A DNA stretch of 64,000 bases from the human T2T-CHM13v2.0 reference genome, Homo sapiens, in NCBI RefSeq assembly GCF_009914755.1, contig NC_060931.1; one strand, 5' to 3'. Below, piece by piece: positions 57,853 to 64,000 of the stretch. Positions within the stretch are counted from its first letter, which is position 1. Every line of letters begins with the position of its first letter. The notes beneath the pieces are model-generated. The model had not been told where the DNA came from, ran no database searches, and worked only from the letters and a program-made list of their open reading frames with translations. Made by a program: the position numbers and the translations under genes.

Positions 57853-59379
57853 TAATGAAAGCACCCTGGAGGGCCAAGTGGTTTCAGCTGGTCAGCTAAG
57901 CTGCCATGCCATCGTGCTCTCAGTTTACCCTGTAGGGGATGGTGCAGGAGCTCAGGCAGTTTCTTCCCTGTAACACCGATTTTGCTAGAACAACAAGATA
58001 AGAAAACTGTTCCATTTTGATTGTTCCAAAAGAAACAACCTTTTAATGTCTTCTCTAGAACATTTCATGTCCACCTTTGAGCTATCCTGGTATTGTCTAA
58101 ACAGCTTCAGAATGAATGCCGCCTCCCTGGAGGACCACAGCTGGGTATTGTGACATCTTGTAAGCAACTGGAAAATCCATCTCCAAACCTATACCTTCTG
58201 AGATGCCTTTTCTTTTGACTTCTCAGGAGGCAGTGGTAGAGAAAAATCACTGTTACCTATATTTTTAAAAAGACTTGTATAACACCACATTGTGCTACCA
58301 GTTTGGGGGAGGGGGTGATGAAGCTAGAGAGAGAAGGCTTCTTATTTCCAAACTTAGAGGCTAGAGGAGGGGGAAGTATGCCATACAGCAAGCACCCCCA
58401 CCTTTTTTTTTTTTTTTTAACTTGAGAGGTTTTTCAAGAGTGCCATGAAATCAAATAGTGATAGACATGCAACTTCAAAGAGGCAAGGAGTGGCCATCAT
58501 TACTTTAAACCAGTCTGCATGTCATTCATATGTGGTGTGCATCTCTCCCAACCCCTGTTCTCTTCCTCTCTTCCTCCAGCCACACTCCAGGTAACGGTGG
58601 CACTGGGAGGGGACTTAGAACTGAAGTTTTCCTCTCACCCCACCTTGGTGTGCCCACTGTACTCCACAACCCTACCGGTTGCAACCTAGGGCTTGCTTGC
58701 TCTTTTTCTTGTACTAGGAAAATTGCAGCAGCTTTTCCTCTGCACCAAGGAGGGACCTTGTCAAGCTGCAGGTGTGGAATTAAAACTCCAGATGTTTTCA
58801 GAGGGTTTCCTCGCCCGGGGTGCGTTCTGGTGGGAGTGGGTTGCTCAGGGGAATCTGCTGAGTGCCTCATTTCTGGCCATTCAGTCCCCCACACCCTCTG
58901 GGGGCACTGCACTGTGCTCTAGGGGATACAGACACGATACATGTTAGGATGATAGACGTAACTGCTGCCCATGTAGCGAGGCTTTGCCATTGCTTTCATT
59001 CTTTCCCTACATTCGGTGAATGCCAGGGGAAGCAACAGGCTCCACTTTTGTGGATGCAGGGTGTGCACGTGTCAGAGGGTGTGAGGAGCTGGGAGGAGAG
59101 GATTTCTAAGTGGCCAGTTCATGCTCTTAAGTTATTCATCAAACCGAGCACACTGCGGTCAGTCGGCTGTGGTGGGGAAGGAGGTTAGGTGAAGACCTTT
59201 GTGTCTGAGACCCAGACCGTGATCCCCGTCTCCATTTTCCACAATGCAATGATTATTTTGTATTGAGCGCCTACTATGTGCCAGGCCTTTTACATACATG
59301 ACTTTACCACTGAGCCCTCACAACCGCCCAGAGAGCCTGCTCTTTGCAGATGTGACTGGCTTGGTGGCAATTCAACCCC

Positions 59380-61350
59380 AGGCTGCGGGCCTAGTGGCCT
59401 TTCCCTGCCATGGCGCAATCTTGGAAGCGGCAACTGCGGGGAGGGCGAGGAGCGGTGCAGTTTCCGCCGCGCCCGCCCGCAAGGAAGGCAGCCGGGGGGA
59501 GCCGAGGGCTCGAGCCGCGGGGGGAGCAACAGCTGTCGATGTCGCGCCTGGGGACCGCGCCTCCGCTGGGCCGACCCGGCGCCGGGGACGAGAGGAGGGG
59601 CGGCGAGGGGCGGGGCGCGCGGGGCGGGACGGAGGAGGGGCGGTGGCACCGGCGGCTCGGGCTCGGCGCGCCGAGGAAGTCCCGCTCCGAGAGCTGCGAG
59701 CGTCTGGAGGAGGCGCGCTCGGCGCAGTCGGGGAGCGAAGTCCGGAGCAAGGGGCCCCCGCGTAGCCGCCGCCCCCTCCTGCTACCGTCCAGCCAGGGAG
59801 CCCGCGGCGGCCGCCGATGGAGTTCACTTGAGCTGTGAACCGGCGGGAGAGGCAGGCGCCCGCAAGCCGAGCGCGGGCCGGAGCCCAGCCAGCCCCGGGC
59901 GCTCACCCGCCAGCCCGCAAGCTCCGGCCAGAGGCGCCGCCGCCCCGCGCCCCGCCGTTGCAGCGCCTCCTGGGCCGCGCGCCGGCGAGATCCGCACAAA
60001 ATCCAGACTCCCGGAGCGGCTCCCTCCAGCACCGCGGCGGGCCCAGGACCAGGCAGCCCGCGGCGCGGCTGGAGAGGCGGGACCGGCTGTCGGGGAGCCC
60101 CGGGCGGCCGCCGGGGAGAAGCCGCCGCGCGCCCTCCTCCTCCTCCTCCCTCTCCCTCCTCCCTCCCTCCGCACATGGTCTCCTTTGTCCTGTCGCCGCC
60201 GCCGCCGCCTCGCTCTTAGCTCCGCGCGCCGCGGCGGCGGCTCAGGCCGCTCTTCTCCGCCTCGCCCTCCCGCCGGCCGGCCCGGGACGCGCCTTGTTAG
60301 CCCCCGCCGCGCCAGCGCGGCCCCGCGCGCCGCAGGAGCGGCGGGGAGACAGTGGCGAGCGCGGGCCGGGCGATCTCGGCGGGCGCGCTCCTCCCGCCGC
60401 CCGGGGCCTCGGCCGCGCTGGATGTGTGCGCGCGGCGCCGGCTCTCGGTCGCCCCGAAGCTGTTGCCCGGTTCGGATCTGGTTCGGCGCCTCCGCTCTCG
60501 GACTTTGGCGAGGAAGGAGCCCAGAGACTCTTGTGGACAGAGCCGGGTCGAGAGTTGGGCGTTTTCTCTTCGTGTGTTTTGGTGGTTTCCCCCCTGGTCT
60601 TTGACGATCGCCCTTCGGGAGCCCTGCTAAAGAACCAAACCATGAACTTGGGGCTGACCGGACCGTTTAACCCTTTGCAACCAGGTAATGAAGCCCCCGG
60701 GGCGCGGCTCGCTTGCCTACCTCTCGCGGTCGGAAGGGAGGCGGCCGGATCGGGGGTCTTTTGTTGCGGCGGCCGGGCCGGCGGGCAGGGGTGGCAGGGG
60801 CGGGCTTCTCCCGTCTGGCGCGCCCAAGCGCCCCTTCGCTACCCCTCCTCCCTTCTTTCCTCCCCCCTCTGCGGCCCTGTCGCCCGCCTTTGTACTTTCC
60901 TCCCTCGGCCGGCCGGGCTCGGCCGGAGCTGCGCGGTCGTGCCCGGGAGGGCCTGGCGTTCGCCGCCAAGCTCCGATGTGAGGAGGGGGCCGGGGCCTGC
61001 GTCCGCTTGAGCTGGGGGCCCTAGCGTGGCGCTGCCCGCTCCTGGGGTCGCGCTTCCCCAGCGCGGAGGTCGGGATCCCGGCCCGCACCCGGTGCCAAGG
61101 GAGGCGAAAGGAGATCTGGGCTCGGGTTCGGCAGCGGGAGAAAGAACTCGCGCTTAAGTTTCCAGGAGGTTTCTGTTTTGTTGTTCGAAAGCCCCCCTTC
61201 TCGCCTGTGCGGGTGCGGAGGGCGGCCCCCGGGGTCTGCGTCCGAAGGGAGTGAGGGTGGGCCTGAAGCAGGAATCGCTGGGTCCCACCCCGTCTGCACG
61301 CACGGCTTTTTATAAGTTTTCCTTATTCTCCGCGTTCCCGCCTCCAATCT
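59380..61350. promoter_or_regulatory. CpG island promoter
   Basis: About 2 kb of very GC-rich, CpG-dense, repeat-free sequence against a CpG-depleted background; GC boxes GGGGCGGGGC (59607-59616) and GGGGCGGGAC (59621-59630); no TATA box seen. Confidence 0.95.
59980..60684 (+). other. SIPA1L1: 5' (probably untranslated) exon region of a + strand gene; tentatively SIPA1L1
   Basis: Seen: lies downstream of the GC-box cluster and ends at a consensus donor CAG|GTAATG (60684/60685), followed by GC-rich then AT-rich intron-like sequence. The start is an estimate and the region may hold more than one exon. The gene name is from memory of the locus layout only and needs BLAT confirmation. Confidence 0.5.
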
Positions 61351-64000
61351 GTTTCACTTACTTAACTTTCCTTTAAACGCCAACTACGGCTTCTAGCAAT
61401 ATTTTTTTTACATCCAAAAAAACAAAAAAACATATTCCCCCTTCCCTTAAATAAAAAGCAGCCAAAAGAGAGCTTTGGTTTTCTGTCAGTTTTAGATTCA
61501 ACCACTTCATGCCCCTACCCTCCAAAACCGAGCGAGGGGATGAAAGGAAGTGAGTAAAATCTTCAAGTCTGTAGCGGGTAGAGGTGCCCCCGTGTTCGAG
61601 AGAAGGAAGAGCTCAATTCGTCGGCTCATTCTGGGCTCGCCGCTTTTCCATTTGAATAATAATTTTTTTTAAAAAGCCAGGAAAATGGTCCAGGTAATAG
61701 AAGGAAATGCAGACTATTTTCTGAAAGCAACGAAAATGATAAACATCCCCAAGATTCAGACCCAAGGAACAAATCATTTGTACAAATGCCCTAAAACCCT
61801 AAGTAGAAGGAAAGTTCGTTGAGGAAAAGCAAAGGGTACTCGTGTCGTTTCCCCTGAAGATTTTGGCAAAGAATCTCTCTTCTGACTTGTTAGGACAGTG
61901 GCCGGCCACAGTTGTAACCACCTGGATAGGAGAGAGAAGGGATCCAGAATGTTTTCACGGTCAGCCAGAGCCCCATTGCAGTCGTCATCTTTTGGGTGTT
62001 TTTCTGGGGAGGCCTTTCTGAGACACCCCCTTTCCCAGTTGCAAGAGGCATGGTGTCCAGCCCTGTGACTTGTATCAGCCAAGTAAGGGCTTAGAAAGCT
62101 TTTAGTCGAAGATACACTCCTAAGCCTCTCTGAATATCCGGTCAGACTTACTTCCTTAATAACTTACTGATCGGCATCATAATAATGGCATCCTCAAGTT
62201 TGGTTCAGACATGAGGATCACGTAAGTGTCTGTCTGAGAATCCCATGTGGAGCTGACAAAGGTGGCAGAAGCAAAAGGCCTGTTCACCCACAGCTTCTGT
62301 CCTTTTCACTCGAACACACACACACACACACACACACTAAGTGCAAATAAAAACTTGGTCAGGAACCATTTACTTTCCCTGTTTATGCTTTTTGCATTCA
62401 GAGACAGTAATTTGTTTTTACATTTCTTGGGGCCAATTAGAGTCACTTTAATAGGTAATCCCAGAATTTTCAAAGGTTATGTCAGTTTGGTAAAACACTT
62501 TAATAAACAGGCTTTTTTTTCCCCTTCTATCAGTTCATTAATTTTGTAAGCCATGAATTTAACATGAATTTACATTCAAAAAGAATTCCAACCCGTTCTA
62601 AGAAACACTTTTTCATGAAAGGATGGTAAAATACACATATCTCGAGTTTTTAGCTGGGAAACTCACAGTCCTAGAAATCTCACTTAATATTTCAGTGTAG
62701 CATCATCATGCAATTTTTGGCTTTATAACTCACTATTCTTGATCTAGGTATGACTTGTTTCTCTCCCATTAACATTTTTTTTTGGCAGTTTGTTTTTATG
62801 TAAAGGTACTGTTATATATAGTTTAAGATGTCAGGAAGGCCCTCTGTATTTTTCATTATTCCTGCAAAATAGGAAAAAATCTATCTAGGGTTTATGTTAA
62901 ACTGCATGTATAAATGTATGCACTTCAATGTTCGTTTTGCACATACATTCATTGTTTCTGGATTGGTTAATCATATGGACACCCCCATAAAAGTAATGTT
63001 AGAATTAAAATAAAGCAAAAAACAGTCTTAATACAAATATTTTGTCTTTCTATATCACTTGCATTGAGAACTAGAACATGTCCCCCAGATGTACACAGGA
63101 ATATTTCATCTTTGTCAGTATTACATGGAAAGACTAAATTGAATATCCTCTTTGTCCCTAAAAGCTAGCCCCAGAGTCAAAATATGCTGCACTTCAGAAT
63201 TCCCCCCCCCCCATTTCCTATATTTCCTTTTTCCATATTTATTCAACATTCTAGGCTTTTGCTTTCTCAGAATATGCATCTCTGTGTATCAAGTGTGAAA
63301 GATGAGTGATTTCTCATGAGGGTTATGTAGTGAAAACAGCACAAATATAGCTTGGCCATTATAACTTTAAATGCAGATATATCCTCACGTTATGTAGTGG
63401 AGATGCTTAATTTTTATTTTTTCAAGTTCTAGAAATATTCAGTGCTGAAACATTACAGCATTTTCCTTCAAACCGACTTCCATGTTTATTTTCCAGAACA
63501 TTAGTGTATAATTTAAATTGGCTTTAGTTTTACTGTTTAAACAGGCTTATTTCACCTTCCTCAAGCCACTGTAATAATTAGCAGACATGTTCTCTAGAAA
63601 ATGGAAAGGAAATAATGCTGGTGGCATGCATAGTGGTCGGATTTTGGGGCAGGCCGGCTTGCATCTTTTTGAACACCAAGGTCGTTTGGTTACTGCAAGG
63701 GACAGGGATCTTGGAGTCATCAGATGAATCTTAAAAAAAAATTAATTTCTGGCAGTGTTGGCTTACACTTTTTAGTGAGGAAAAGCTTAGCATTAAATAA
63801 TAGGCATTTCTGATTTGTGAAAGAAAATTGAAAAATTGGCATGTCTGCAAATACCACGAAAAACATAACATTTCCAAAATAATGATCTGTCAACGAAATT
63901 GCAAAATCATTATGTGAATGAGCTGAATTGCTTTGTGTATCATCTCATAGAAATATGTTTTGCACAGATAATGTGTCTAATAAGGACACATTTTTAAAAT
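60685..64000 (+). other. Start of intron of the CpG-island gene
   Basis: Begins with GTAATG; no credible ORF or exon recognised to the end of the window. Confidence 0.7.
62314..62337. repeat. (CA)n microsatellite
   Basis: About 12 AC units. Confidence 0.95.

Noticed and set aside
59276-61088. Long overlapping ORFs (442, 391 and 261 aa and others) in the CpG island
   Set aside because: Open in several frames on both strands, with low-complexity R/A/G/P composition and no recognisable domain; expected from stop-codon scarcity in very GC-rich DNA.

Overview
Primate (almost certainly human) genomic DNA, not microbial. About 59 kb is repeat-rich non-coding sequence: 29 Alu-family elements (J/S/Y and two free monomers, many with readable target-site duplications), MIR, L1/L2 remnants, MLT1 LTRs and DNA-transposon fossils (MER47A, MER8, MER58A, MER5). 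It leads into a strong CpG-island promoter at about 59.4-61.35 kb, with a + strand 5' exon ending at a CAG|GTAATG donor at 60684, followed by the start of an intron. From memory this resembles the 5' end of SIPA1L1, but that is unverified. I find no credible protein-coding exon, tRNA, rRNA or CRISPR array; the supplied ORFs are explained by Alu/MIR sequence, simple repeats or GC-rich stop-codon depletion. I cannot support a novel biological system here. The best leads are regulatory or structural: a possible antisense/divergent spliced transcript, a Kozak ATG reading across the first donor, a GCC/CGG fold-back in the leader, three repeat-free blocks dense in homeobox-type motifs (candidate enhancers), an Alu with a triplicated B-box, closely spaced inverted Alus and a perfect 46-bp minisatellite. 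Repeat subfamily calls are by eye and old-repeat boundaries are approximate.
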